Shown: one piece after another, positions 1 to 13,445 of the stretch
Numbering within the stretch: position 1 is the stretch's first letter
Layout of the letters: each line of letters opens with the position of its first letter
Source: Eremomyces bilateralis CBS 781.70
Taxonomy: Eukaryota
Length of the DNA: 64,000 bases
NCBI GenBank assembly: GCA_010015585.1
Contig: ML975164.1
Direction: 5' to 3' (one strand)
Notes under the pieces: generated by a model
Told to the model about the DNA's origin: nothing
Database searches by the model: none
What the model saw: only the letters and a program-made list of their open reading frames with translations
Translations under genes and position numbers: made by a program

Positions 1-564
1 CGCTACGACGATTCGCCCCCGTGCAACATCAGATGGGTGTCCGGTTCTACTCGGCTGGGGGTGCATTGGGTAAGGACGAGGTTGAGGGGAGGATCATGGA
101 TCTTTTGAAGGGCTTTGATAAGGTGAGTCGAGCGCAATGAGTCTCGTTTTGCCTGAGCTAACATCGGTTTAGGTTACCAACCAGGAGAAGGTAAAGAGAG
201 TTCTTGCTGATGGAGCATACCTTGGCTAAACATACGATAGCTGACCCCCGCCGCTCACTTCGCCAACGACCTCGGACTGGATTCTCTCGACACCGTTGAG
301 GTGGTCATGGCCATCGAGGAGGTATATGCCACAACAAACGACATGCAGGGAACCTCGTCTGACCGAATAATAGGAGTTTAGCATTGAGATACCAGATAAG
401 GAGGCTGATAAGCTCCACAGCGGTAAGGACGGTTCACAGTTGGTTTGGACGTTGCTAACCGGTCTTCAGTTCAACAAGCCGTGGAGTACATCACAAGTCA
501 GCCTGATGGTTCGTAGCTATTATTTCTGATGGAATCCCACAGCTAACCATATGCAGCGCACTAA
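1..564 (+). CDS. ACP1: Mitochondrial acyl carrier protein (5' end outside the window)
   Basis: Not in the ORF track. Exons <1-122, 173-190, 241-321, 374-422, 470-508 and 557-564 joined at GT-AG introns give ...[91 protein letters not shown]. This contains the phosphopantetheine attachment motif LGLDSLD. Confidence 0.96.
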
Positions 565-1183
565 GCAGTCAATGACAGGAATGGTGGAATAGTGAGTGAT
601 TGAAGCATTCGACTTCTGGGCTGGTTGCGTTCACCTCCGCTATATAGAAAAAGAGCATGCAGTGCTGTGAGGCTGAAATGGAGCAAATGGGAGCAACATA
701 TGTAATATTACAGCTTAGGAAAACTGGTTTGTTAAATCTGAATTGCTTCTGAGACGGGACCATGTCCTCCATGATATTCTGACGCCTTCATCCTCATCGT
801 CTTCATCACAGGCTCAATTTGCTGAGGGATCTGATACCAATCTTCCCATCCGCCACCCCTGCGATGCCAAGAATCCAACCCTGAGCCCTGAAAGTTGCAC
901 GACAACCAACGCGTATTAACTTGAGAATGTCATTGACCCAACAACTTGATATTATCCGTTATATTCAACCCATTGTCTCCGTGAATCCAATGGCCTGTTC
1001 CCGCTGTGTCAGCCCCACCGAGCAGTTCTGAAATGTTGTAACCGTTATCGCCCATCCTTTATAAACCACCCATGCGACCCGTCTAGTGAACCCAATCCAA
1101 TCGAAATTTCGACATCCCCTTCGAGGCCACGCGGGCCCCGTCACTCGACCAATTCCCATAACGATCCATCACATCCATTGACC

Positions 1184-2395
1184 ATGGCGTCGACAGCTTC
1201 GGGCCTCACGCGTCGGAGAGGGGCCGGCCACGCCGAGAACGAGGACGGCAGTCGCGTCAGCTCTCCGGTGCCGAAGCGCAACGAGGAGAGCAGAGGGCCG
1301 GAGACATCGTACGAGGATTCGGAGAACGGGCATAAGATTGCGTTCGACCCGCGGGACATTAGCGAGAATGAGGAGCGAAGTAAACAGCCGAAGCTCACGC
1401 TGATGGAGGAAGTGGTCCTGATGGGCTTGAAGGACAAGCAGGTAAGGCATCAATGCGATCACCATGAAACGGAGAGATGCTGATTTCCTCCATCAGGGAT
1501 ACCTATCGTTCTGGAATGATAACATCTCATACGCATTGCGAGGATGCATCGTCATCGAACTGGCGCTCCGTGGTCGAATAAGCATGCAGAAGGACTCGTC
1601 CCGGCGACGGTTCCCGCTCCCCGATCGGGTCATCGAGGTCATCGATGATACATTGACCGGCGAAGTGCTGTTGGACGAAGCACTCAAGATGATGAAGTCA
1701 AGCGAAGCGATGAGCGTCAGTTCCTGGATCGACCTGATGTCCGGTAACTACTCCTCTGATATTGGTTCTGTGTCGAGCGGACAACTGATGTACAATTACT
1801 AGGCGAGACATGGAACCTCATGAAGATCGGCTACCAACTCAAACAAGTGCGCGAACGCCTGATGAAGGGCCTCGTGGACAAAGGCATCCTCCGCACGGAG
1901 AAGCGCAACTTTCTCCTCTTCGACATGGCCACCCACCCCGTCGCCGATGGCGGCGCCAAAGACGAGATCCGAAGACGCGTCCGCAGCGTCCTCACCCAAC
2001 GTACCATCGTCCTCCCCGCCAACCAGTTCCTCCCCGAAGACGCCGAGTTCCGCTACCTACGCACCGTCGTCATGGTGTGCGCCGCCTATGCCGCCAACGT
2101 GCTCGAGAACGGTCTCTCCTCTCTCGGCCACGAGGCGCGCGAGCGTGCGTTCGCACAGGTAGACGAGCTGCTGGCCGAGTACTCGCAGTGGCCGTTCGTC
2201 CGGCGTGCGGGCGGCTCGCAGGGGATCGGTGCGAACCTCGCGCAGGCTACGAGCGACGAGGTCAATAATGCCAAGGATAAGGAGCTACAGCTCGAGGTAC
2301 GTTTATCACGCTTCTCCCCCGCCATTTGCTAAGTTCCCGTCTAGGTCGTCGCCGCTTGTTTGAACGTCTTCACCAGACTAGACTCCCTTCTCTGA
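1184..2395 (+). CDS. VPS74: Golgi phosphoprotein 3 / Vps74 (GOLPH3 family)
   Basis: N-terminal SGLTRRR motif, then [55 protein letters not shown] and [11 protein letters not shown]. Introns 1442-1496, 1744-1802 and 2297-2344; last exon [16 protein letters not shown]. Confidence 0.96.
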
Positions 2396-3008
2396 TCCGT
2401 TTCGGCTCATCAATCCACCATCGACACTCCCGAAGTGTCGGTATCATTTCCGTACCGCGCGCATACCAGCAGTGGCAGCGAACAATGCTCGGCGGACCCA
2501 TCGGCTAGCACGCACGCCTTCCTTAGTGGTCTGAATTTCGACAGTGTTTGTAACTACGGACATGCTGCTGGGGGTCGACGGCAGATAGGATTCGTAAGTC
2601 CGCTCATCTACATGGCGTCAGGAAGGCAGCGGGATGATCTCTTTGGATGTTAAAAATGGGCAGTATGCTTTGGTCTGTGCTAGCGAGTCGAGCCTTTGGT
2701 GCCGCCGTTTAATAAATCGTTAAAACCCATGCCTTGACATCCAGTTGCAGTCCCGCCAGTCGCCATCCATCAAGTTGCGGTCCGACAAACGTGAAGCGCG
2801 GCGGCCTTGCAAATGTGCACCCCGCAACATGAAGACCCCGCGAAGTGATATTTGGATTGAGAATGCCCACATGCAGATGACTTGTTCAGTTTGAAATCCG
2901 CACCTCCGCTTTCACAACGTACGCAAACGCTTCATTGACCCTCACAGATCAATCTGCAACCATCGACAAGCAACCAAGCCGTCATCCGCATAGCACACAC
3001 ATGCGACG

Positions 3009-4215
3009 ATGCCTCCTAAACCTAAGAAGACGAAAAAGGGGAAGAAGGGCGATGATGACGACAAAGTCAGGTACGTCTGCCCACTCCAAGATCGGAGAAT
3101 CGCTCTCCAAACTGCCGTTGGCTGACGCTGGCACTTAATCCCGAAGCCATGATGAGCTCATCTCGAAGCTGGAGAAGGTCGAGCTTGCCGAGAAGGAGTC
3201 CTATAATCTGATGCTGCAATACATTGATGAAGGCCACGATACCATCGAGGGGAAGAAAGGCGATTCGTACCATAAGGCCATGACCAAGGCCAAAACCGTC
3301 ACCAGCAACGCACGCGACCAGTACGCCGAAGCGTACGGCATGTGGGCCGCCCAACAGTCTCCAGGAACCATCACCCCAGCGCAGACCGAAGCGCTCTGGG
3401 CCCGCATCCGCAAGCGCGGGTACTCCGAACTGTCGTTCAACGTCAAGGCGACCCAGAAAGCCATCGACCAACTGACACAAGCCGGCCTGAAAGACCAATG
3501 CACCCGGCCGTTCGAGGAGCTGGTCGAGTTGGGCCAGATCGCGGCCATCCACGTCCTAAAGGACATGCAGCGTGATGGCCTGCTCCCCGCGGGCCTGGCG
3601 CCGGATGCGGATCCGACCTCGCCGGCAGGCGTGTCGGCGCGCATCATTGCGGATTTGGCGGCTGCGCAGGAGGCCGCGGAGACGAAGTTCGAGGTGAGTG
3701 TGGTTCGTTAACACGAATTGGAAGCAACTGAAAGCAACGATAAACTTACACCGCTTCAGTCCGCAAACGCAGCCCAAGCGACCACCTCAAAGACAAGCAA
3801 CACCAACGCGGCCATCGCAAAGACAAGCAACAACAAGACGACCTCCGCAAACTCCAAGAACAAGATGGAGACTTCCGCCTCAAACACCAAGAACAAGACG
3901 GATACCATCGCCGCAAACACCAAGGGCACCAAGGCGAAAAACTTCAACGCGAAGAAAGCGACAAACAATGGCACTGCTATCGAATCCACCTCCTCCGTGA
4001 CGAATGAACCACCTTCCGCCACCACGGAAGAACCCTACAACCCCCAACGCGTCGTCGTGATGGCAAAGGTTCATCTCGCTCAACTTCAGGACCTCGTTGT
4101 GCAGGCGAAGGAGATCAATGCGAGTCTGGATAAGGCGCTTGCACGTTACGAGGAGCACAAGAAGGAGGACACGGAGGAGAACAAAAGGGAAAGGGGGCAA
4201 GTCCAACGGCACTGA
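3009..4215 (+). CDS. Hypothetical (orphan-like) protein with a basic N-terminus and a Thr/Asn/Lys repeat region
   Basis: ATG at 3009 (MPPKPKKTKKGKKGDDDDKV). Intron 3071-3146 (GTACGT..GCTGAC..AAG) joins in frame to ORF 3211-3711, and intron 3694-3759 (GTGAGT..CAG) joins in frame to ORF 3718-4215. Codon usage is coding-like; no recognisable domain. Confidence 0.65.
3778..3960 (+). repeat. Degenerate ~30-33 nt coding tandem repeat (about 6 units)
   Basis: Units such as accacctcaaagacaagcaacaccaacgcg, gccatcgcaaagacaagcaacaacaagacg and acctccgcaaactccaagaacaagatggag, encoding TTSKTSNTNA, AIAKTSNNKT and TSANSKNKME. Confidence 0.6.
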
Positions 4216-7174
4216 CTAAGCGGGGACTACTTCAGCTGGCTGTCACGGAACCTTTCTTCAGAGGGATCCAGGAGACGTGAAATGGCAGTGAGAGTGGTGG
4301 GACAACTAGGAAGCCATCGATGGAGGTCTATCCAGCTTGAGAACCTTCGGCAAGCCGGTCAAAATTGAGGATCAGGGGCGATTGATCATGGACAGGATAT
4401 TCAAAGGTCGGCGGACCTGCAGTGTGTACACGCTCTTGCGTGATAGTAGCGTAGCCAATTACCGGTACATCCAGATTACTTCAACTTCTCGTTCATATCA
4501 GTGTCTGTTCACACGGTGCTCAATTTCTCTCATGCAACGTCTAGAGCGTACAAGGTGGTTCCCGTATTGCATTGACTTTTTTATTTTTTGCATACATCGC
4601 AACCGCTGTGGGAGCGTGACTACTCCAAATTGGCAGGAGGTTGTCCAGAACACGATCCACTTCAGACCCGAGTGAGCACACTCTATCATCGCTAGAATGC
4701 TATCATGACAAGCTGGTCAAATGACCTCGCAGAAGATAATTTCCGGTGGCAACCGAAGGCCAGATGCAATCATTGTTGCTATTCGCAGCTATTCTCTTTT
4801 CTCTTCCAAATCAGTCTCAGCTGAAGTCTCCGCTGAATCACCTTCCCTCCAATCTTACAGCGGTTCGATGTCACCTTCATGGGAGGGAGTTCATGATGCA
4901 TGTTCAAAAGTCATACGAACGTCCTTGGATAATAATAATAGGCTTCTTTTAATATGTATGACGCCAGATCCACACATATATATTAAAGGCGTCGACGAAA
5001 ACCGGGCGCGGGGTGACTTTTCCCCTGGCCCCAAGCAAATAATGGAGCAATATAAAGAGCATGGACAATAATGGAGAAACAGTATGCTGTCAATCTGCAG
5101 GGACTTATTACTTGACAGGACGACACTTTACGACAGGGGATGTAGCACAGCAAGGCCAATCGGCAACTTTGTGCGCCAGTAAACTTCTCTTTACCTTCCA
5201 TCAGTTCTATGCCCAGGATCGGACGGGTGTGGCTCACTGGTAAGGCGAAACACCCTGGAGTATGCGACTACCGTATGCGCCCTTGGAACGAGGAGGAACG
5301 CCGCAAATTTGCAACAGCGGTTTCAAACGTCGCGTTACCGTTCCACTCCATCGCGATAGACGAAGCAGTCGACATATGCAAGACGGCATGGGCAAAACTA
5401 GCGAACATAGGCGCGTCAAGCCTCCGCGTAGACGCAGGTCCTTCGCCGCTTCTGCAATAGCTGGTGTTTTATAACACCCGTTGTAGGGAGGCCGGGGAGT
5501 GACACTGAACATCTGGGATGGCCCTGGATCAAGCTATCCTCCTGACCATACCCAAGTCCTTAGGACTTAGACACCACGTTGCTGCCTATCCACTGGCTCT
5601 AGACGATCGAGCAAAGTACTTACACACAGTCCAAGCTCAGACTTACCTGCAGATCGTGCTGCTTCCTCCACATTGCCGTACATCAGTACCGGTACCGGTA
5701 CCTAGGAACTGCGACCGATAGGTACACCGGACCCCCGCAGAACAGTTCACTGGCATCATAGCTCTATGGAAACAATTTGGCCGAACGTCTGAAGAAGCAA
5801 ACCGCTGCACGCGATGGCGAACTGGTTCCGCCCCCATTCCTAACCTAAAGATCCTCCTTCAGAGACCTAAGGATGGCTAAGATAGATATATTGCACTCGA
5901 GATGGCGCGGAACTTGCGTATGAACTCTCAAGCGGATCTCATTAGTGGCAATGCGGACGCTGGCACTCAGTCGCCCCACTGTTGTGGACGCCCACCACCG
6001 CTAAATCCGCATTGCACATCGAACTTGCCAACTGGAGAACGGGGAGAGATGAAATGGATGCCAATGGCCAATCAAATTTCCACTTCTCTATGGACATCTG
6101 GGCAGAATTAATGAAAACTAACGATGCGCATGTAGCCATGTACCCATGTTGCTAGACCGTTGGCTTGTCATTCCGAAATCCGAATCCTCCGAGCTCCGCC
6201 CTCACCTTCTGAATCAACCCCGGATTACTCTTGTATTCCACTACAGGTCACCGAATTGGGAGGAAACGACTCCTCTGAGAAGGTCACAAGCCCTCACGAC
6301 CAGATCCTCCGCCTTCCTCTTGCTCCATGCTTGGTCAGAGAGCGCATGACCGCGAGATGTCCGTGCCTGATTACTTGTCCTCGTGGCGCAGATGCAGGCA
6401 AAGCTTCCTCCCATGTACCCAGTACCTCTGGGCTCTGGACCAAAATAATTTGCCGCTCTCCTCATTCCCCAGGCGGTAGGTCGGGGATAATTACGATTTC
6501 CAGCTCGCATCGCTGTATTCGTCGAACACTCGAACTGTTACTGCAGACGCCGTGCATCCACAAGGCTTTGGAATCACGTAACCCCCCTGTGACCCTTTCC
6601 TAGATCCTGGTCTCAATGGTCGAGCCTTCGGCCGTCTTTTCACAATCATACGAGCCATTCAAACTCCGTCACTAACGCGGGCAACGCCCGAGTGGAGCTA
6701 TTTTCTGGCCTTCCCCGCGCTTCTCCTCGCAAACTTGTCGTCTCGTGTGGGCGCTGGGCCTGGCGAAGTTGGTCTCTCGTGTTGCCACAAGGGTTAAACG
6801 AAAATGCCAAGCTGGGCTTGATGATGAGCCCTTGCACGTTCCAGGGCCTAGCAAGGACAGACCCTCGAAACTTCGATACCCAGACTTGAAGAACACCGTA
6901 ACGGAATATGGACATCAAGATGAAGGATGGTACATATACGCTGCATGCCGTCACCCAATCGCTTCCTTCACCATGAGTCCATAACATATCTGGATACACC
7001 AAGAGCAGTATCTGAAGCTCTCCCGTATATCGCTGCGAAACACATCGTTTCCCCGCCTGTGTTCCCTTCAACCACACGAGCACTTCACAGCGTGTCACGC
7101 CTTGGACTGCACTGGGGAGGGTTGCGGCAAGCCACCCGAGCAAGCTTGCGAGCCCTATCGCTCCAATTACTACC

Positions 7175-9712
7175 ATGTCCAATGTTGCTTCCCCAGATGT
7201 TGGAACAATTAGTCCCGTCTCGAGTTCTTCGAAGAACACGACCCACTTCCAGAATGGCGTTCCCCACGCTTATTTTCCGCAAGATGCTTCCTTTGTCTTT
7301 CAATCACCACCTCATCTTCCAAGCTACCCCGAGAATTCAAATCTTGTCCTTAAACGGTCGTCGGCTCCTCCTGTTCGTCAGCCTGATCTCGTTTCCTGGA
7401 GCCCGCAGCTAGGGAATGGCTACTTCATGGCGAACGGAGGCCATGGTCCCATAACATCCGCAAGTCCAATTGGCCGACCTCGAAATATGTCTCAGTCTTC
7501 GACCGATCGAGAGGGAAAGGATGGTTTGAATCCACCTACAAGCCCGTCTCTCAGCGATCAAAAATTAAATCCCAAGAAACGTCCTAGCACCGACCCGATC
7601 GACTATCCAAGGCGGCGGGCAACTATCGCGGTATGTACGATCCATGGAGGTTTGCTTCCTGCTATAGACGTTACACGAGTCCTTCTTCCTCCTCGATGGT
7701 CGATGGCGTGCTAACAGTGGCATGTTTATAGTGCGAAATATGCCGATCAAGGAAGTCCCGCTGCGACGGACAACGCCCAAAATGTCGACTGTGCACCGAA
7801 CTCAACGCAGAATGTGTGTACCGTGAACCTGGGATCAAATTGGACGCTGGCGACAAGTTGATCCTCGAGCATTTAAACCGAATTGAAGGCATGCTGCAAT
7901 CGAACCTGAGGGCTCGAGCAAACAGTTTCAGCGTCGCCCCGTCACTATCACCACCTTTGACCAACGGAGCCACGGTCGCAGAGGAATCCGGACATCGACG
8001 ACCAAGCACGATGTCGAATTTCGGTGTTGCCTCTGGGAATGGAGCGAAGACGTTCAACAGTACGACGTCGAACATCTCGACCATGCCCAAGACGCATACC
8101 ACCCCCGCCCTCAATCTATTACAGTGGCCCATGATTCGCGACCTAGTCTCCCGTCCATATGACCCCCAAGTCCTCCTACAGTTAGAAATGTCCCGAGAGC
8201 CGCTTCATTTACCACCAGTGCACACCATCGACCTTGCCGGCTCCGCGAACTATATTCGCGCATTCTTCGAACGGGTCAATGTGTGGTACGCGTGCGTCAA
8301 TCCTTTCAGCTGGACAAGACTTCATCACGCTGCACTTTCTCAAGGCTTCCAAGAAGGACCAGAGAGCTGCATCGTGCTACTTGTCTTAGCACTCGGCTGT
8401 GCAGAGTGCGCTGGCAGCATGTCGCGCCAGCCGCTTGACCGGGACCCTCCAGGGATCCAGTACTTCGCGGCAGCATGGGCTTTGCTTCCAAGTATGATGA
8501 TTCGCAATAACATTATGGCTGCACAATGCCATATCCTCGCGTCCGCTTACCTTTTCTACGTCGTCCGACCGTTGGAAGCCTGGAATTTGCTTACCAATAC
8601 GAGCATGAAGTTACAACTTCTGCTCAGTGGTTCGCGACTCCCCCAACACGCCAAAGTTCTGACTGAAAGAGTGTATTGGAACACACTGCTCTTCGAAAGG
8701 TGGGTGACTTGCCTATTTTTAGACGTCTGAATATCGATGGTTTTAATGACAAGCAACTGACTCCTCTATTCCAGCGATCTCCTCGCAGAACTCGACCTTC
8801 CGCATTCGGGGATCGTTCAATTTGAAGAGACCGTTGGACTCCCTGGCGGATTTGAGGACGAAGGCGACGAACCAGTTGGCAAAGACGAGCTATGGTACTT
8901 CCTGGCGCAAATTGCTTTGCGTCGATTGCTCAACCGCGTGAGCCACTTGATCTACGCGCGATCATCGGCAACGAAGAGCCCATCTTCCCTCGACGCAGTC
9001 GTTGCAGAGCTGGATTTCCAGCTCACGCAATGGTATGATGGGCTGCCTCCCGCCGTGCGGTTCCCACAAGGCATGAATCCTGGAATGGCAACGGCTGCAC
9101 CAGTTCAGACCGTACTAAGGTTACGATATTATGCCTGTCGAACGATTATTTTCCGACCGTACATTCAGGCTGTCTTGAACGACGAATCAGCAGCGATCGA
9201 CCCATCTGTCCAGGATAATTGCCGGAAGTGCCTGGAGGCGTGCATCAGGCAGCTCGAGCACATCACAGCACAGTATGTTCCCTCCTTTCCATTTCTAAAC
9301 CTATCGCCCTATCCATACAATTGAAATGAAAGGATACTAAAAAAAGTATCATCATAGTCACGCTGGCCACCTTCCGTACTTGTGGCAAGGGGCCCTCTCG
9401 TAAGTCAATCCATCCCTGCTGGTACCAAGCTGCCACAATATAAATTCAATATATGCTAACCCGGAAATTTGAAATTGCCACAGCATCGTTTCCCAGGCTC
9501 TGTTGATCATGGGAGCCACAATGTCACCTTCACTTTCCGCACTTTTGCCCCCACCGGACCAAATGGACGTCATGATCGAGGAAGTCATCCGCGAAATCGA
9601 AAGATATGCCGCCCTTGCTCCGAGCATTCGACTTTCTGCAGAAATTGTCCGAGAGGCCGAGAACCGACGACGCGTATTTTTGCGGTCACCATCGGCGCCC
9701 TACAAGGTCTGA
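7175..9712 (+). CDS. Zn(II)2Cys6 fungal transcription factor (from memory resembles the Aspergillus OefC group; unverified)
   Basis: Removing intron 7631-7731 restores RRRATIA-CEICRSRKSRCDGQRPKCRLCTELNAEC, a complete C6 cluster, followed by a fungal TF middle-homology region. Further introns 8700-8774, 9273-9357 and 9400-9483; stop at 9710-9712. Confidence 0.93.
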
Positions 9713-12700
9713 ACTAGGCGTGCCTGCCACCCAAATTTCTTTGGCGAACGGGAATAGCAGCACGCAATTTCCATTCCCTGGCTTTCCAGATTACGGTGGC
9801 TGGTATTTTACGCTATCCTCATATGCGGCAGTTGCCGAATATTGCACGGGATGCCTCTACCACGGCCTCGGTATGAAAGCGATCGTCCTATAATGATCTT
9901 CTCCTTGGCAGTTGGCTTCCCACCGGCGATCATCGATCATCAAAGGATTCAATTGTGCCACGCATCACGGACTCTCCAGAAAACAAGCAACTTCTACCAT
10001 ATCCGAAGAAGTACCTGTCGTCAATGGACCGCTCTGGGTTCCTTTATTTTATTGTAATCCTCAGTACCTTGTATGTTAAGAGTACGCCGAAGAAGGAAAG
10101 CAAGATTACTCCAAGTCGACCGTGGCAGTTCTTCACAGGTTCCCACGACACTCATGGGCCTAGACAGTTCCCTGTGGAGTGCTACACTTTGGTCGGTGTT
10201 TCAGTCACTTCATCTGACGTCAACACTCGAGACAGAGTTACTATTTATCAGGCACAGTCGAAGTGGTGACTCCCTTCAAGCTGAGGGTTCTTCCCAATAC
10301 GCCTACTTTACACGTCTGGAGCGGATACTTCTCCGATGTCACTTTTACACCAAGGGAAGCACAACTAAGCCGTGTTCGGTGAATTGGCTGTCTTACGTAT
10401 AGGACTTGAGATGGTGATTGCCTTCAGCGCTGGATCTCGATCGCGTCTTGTTTTCACACTGTATTTTTTCGTTCACGATTTAGCATGGTTGGCGTGGTCA
10501 TTTTGGGGAAGTGCGATCAACTGGTTGGCCCGTATTTTCATTGAACTAAAGATACCCTTCGTTTCATCCTGTGAGAGCGACTTTTCTTTGGTCTTTTAGA
10601 GCGCTACTAGTGTACGCCAAGGCAACTGTGGATCAAACCTGTTTTGTCATATCTTGAGAGTTAAGACTATTTTGATTACGAGGTTCAATTCTGTTGATAC
10701 CCAAACTTTCGAGCTGAGCTTTACCTATTTACAAAATGGTTAGGGAATGGTTATACATTTTGTCAACTGTGCACGGTTCCTGTAAGAGGCATGCCAGGAA
10801 CAGGAAAGGCGCATTCGAAGGGCAGGACGAAGTCCTCAAAATCTTTGATCTTGAAGTCCCCGCACATTCGCCATCGCCCTCAGCGCTCGTGTTCCGAAAT
10901 CTTAGCTGGAGTCCCGAGTCCTTGACGTGGTGTGCCGTGCGCATGACCATTCTCGATGTGGATGGAAAACGAGCAAAAGCTCGCTCAGGATCTGCAAGGA
11001 GCGCCAGGAGCAGCGTAGGCCAGACTTTGATCCAAGATATCCCCGCTGCGGGCAGAAATCTGAGGGTGGGGTGGAGTAATCGGCAGGTCTGAAAGCTCCT
11101 CCTGGCAAGGAGTGGCAGCATGGCCTGCGTCAGCGGGCATGTACCGGTCAAGTTCGTTGCAGCCATTACGGCATGAAGCGGGTATAGGATATGGAAGTAG
11201 AGATCGGTCAGTGTCTGGCGGTTATCAGGTTATGTTTTGTCATTGGGTGCACTTCTGATCGCACTCAATATCAAGCACGACCCTTCAATACCTGGCTTGA
11301 TTGAACCCAGTAACCTAACGGCAGCACCCTGTATTAGCTTCACTTCCCCCATGCCGGCATGGTCCGCGAAAAGCCTGTGCGACGCCCCCGCCAGCTGGAA
11401 TTCATGGATAAAACATGGAGATCCCGGCCCTCGTCTGCCACTATCAGCCACCGACTCTCCCTGCCATGCCACGTTCTGACCCTGCCCAGTCTCAATTCTG
11501 CTGTCTCATTTCCCCTGGGCCCTGGCTGACTGGCTGACTGGCTCTGCAGACTCCACGCTGGCATAGAGTGTTTGCTCTGCCGTTCACACACTTCTCCTCC
11601 ACATTGAGCGAATGGGAATTGGAATCTCTCAACTCACTGCTCCCAGCAGTTTGGTTGCGGATATTGCCTGCCGCACGTTCCTTCAACTCCAGGGTGATGA
11701 CTCGAGTGGTGAACAGGATTACAGGAATACAAAATACATGCTCAAGGTTCATAGGGATACGTTGGACCTGGTGACCTACCTAACAGGCTGTTTGTTCATT
11801 TTGCAGAGAAGGAAAATATACACTGAGATAGCGTGGCTGTCTGGTAGATTCCAGAGAGGCACTGAATTGCCAGTTCCCCGCACAATGGTAACCTAGCAAA
11901 GCATTATCGGAGGACGGCGTAGAATCGAAGTTAGTCTCTTTTATTCACGATCTCCGTTGGACTGTTTCGCAAACGGCAGCGCCCATTGCCGCCTCCATTG
12001 TTACTAGTTACTACTGTAGACGATCTTAAGCGAAACCTTCGAATTATTTCTAGAAACTCGCCATCCCCACAGAATATCAAGCCACCGATGCATCTTTTCG
12101 ACCTCTCAGAACACCTGAATTCTCGTTCTTATCCGAAATAAGTATGCAACAGTTTCTGTCTTCATGCATCGATTGCGGGCCGTGAAAACTAAAATTGCTT
12201 CAACGTTGATCTGATATCGCCCATACGCACAGTTCATGGTCCGCCCTCAGCCTCGCATTCCCGTCCGCACAGACACGCTGTTCCTTACTTCCCCTTTTCA
12301 TGCCTTCTGCTACCCCTCTCCCGGCGTCATTTGGTCTCCGAACTCCTCCGCAGTGAGCGACACTTGGAAAGTTTTTATGTGCTTAAGCCTTAAGGGGAAT
12401 TGCCGGAGATTCATCCCGTCAGCCTCCCTGCTGCAGGCCACTTCGCTAGCCAAACACTGTTACGGTTTACGACACAAGTCCTCGGTATCCCTGGGGTCGT
12501 TGGACGTCATTCGCCAGTGAACGCCATGACAGTCGATCTGTGAGGGGATTCCCTACTCATACATAGAATAGTGGAGAGGTCCTGGTAGAAGGAGCAAATG
12601 ATCGGTGAAGGGATTGAAGAGGTGAGAGCTGGGGACAACGCAGAATTCAGAGGCTTGCATGCAGGAAGACACGCTCAGAAGGTGACATGTAGATGGTATC

Positions 12701-13445
12701 TCTATCGGATATTCGGATGGGTAGCGATGCACCTGTTGCGACAACGGCTCAAAGAACCAGGGCTTACGGAGTACTACGTATGTGTTTCTTAAGTACGTAG
12801 TACTGTCTTGGATTACATCCCCGTGGTCTCAAATTTGAAACAACATTAACCTAGCGCCTTATGAGCCCAGACATCCATGAATGACCATGATCCACGAGAG
12901 CGAGCGAAGGATTGTGTTTTTGCTCTCCGAATGGCATGTGGAAAGGCCGGAGATAAAGAAACAAAGATGATACACAGGTGGTGGCGCGAGCCTGACTCAA
13001 TTCGAGTATTTCTCAAGACAACGATATAAAGGTAATACTGTAACAATAGCATTTCGAACTGGGGGATCAAATCCATTCTGGAAAATTGCGATTTGGTAAT
13101 ACGAAGTTGTAGCTCTTCCGTAGAAGGCATGATAAATTAAAATGCATTTGCCGATATAATGATATCGCAATTTCTAACCACCGTCGGCGGTAACATGAAT
13201 GTGTAATAGATGGGTTCAACCCCATCGAACTAACATAGAACTCTGAGGAGCCATTATCCGATTTGGCTCAGTAACTCTCAGAATCGTAACCCGATGTTGA
13301 AACTCCGACATAACCCATAATTCAGAACCCATCTGATCTTCCGGGAGGACTTCTCCCTCTTACCCAGATAACGCCGTGCCACTATTGCTGGCGATAGTAG
13401 CCCTTCAAAGCATGCAATACCACCGTTCCCTAACGCCTTCCGAAA

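Noticed and set aside
5686..5701. 16-bp palindrome GTACCGGTACCGGTAC
   Set aside because: It arises from a tandem repeat of the palindromic hexamer GGTACC, and there is no supporting context.
6646..7239. 197-aa minus-strand ORF overlapping the start of the first TF
   Set aside because: Non-ATG start in the track, no motif, and it lies antisense to the TF leader.
13200..13230. GATGGGTTCAACCCCATC resembling a tRNA T-arm
   Set aside because: The loop is 6 nt rather than 7, and no D-arm, anticodon arm or acceptor stem can be formed upstream.
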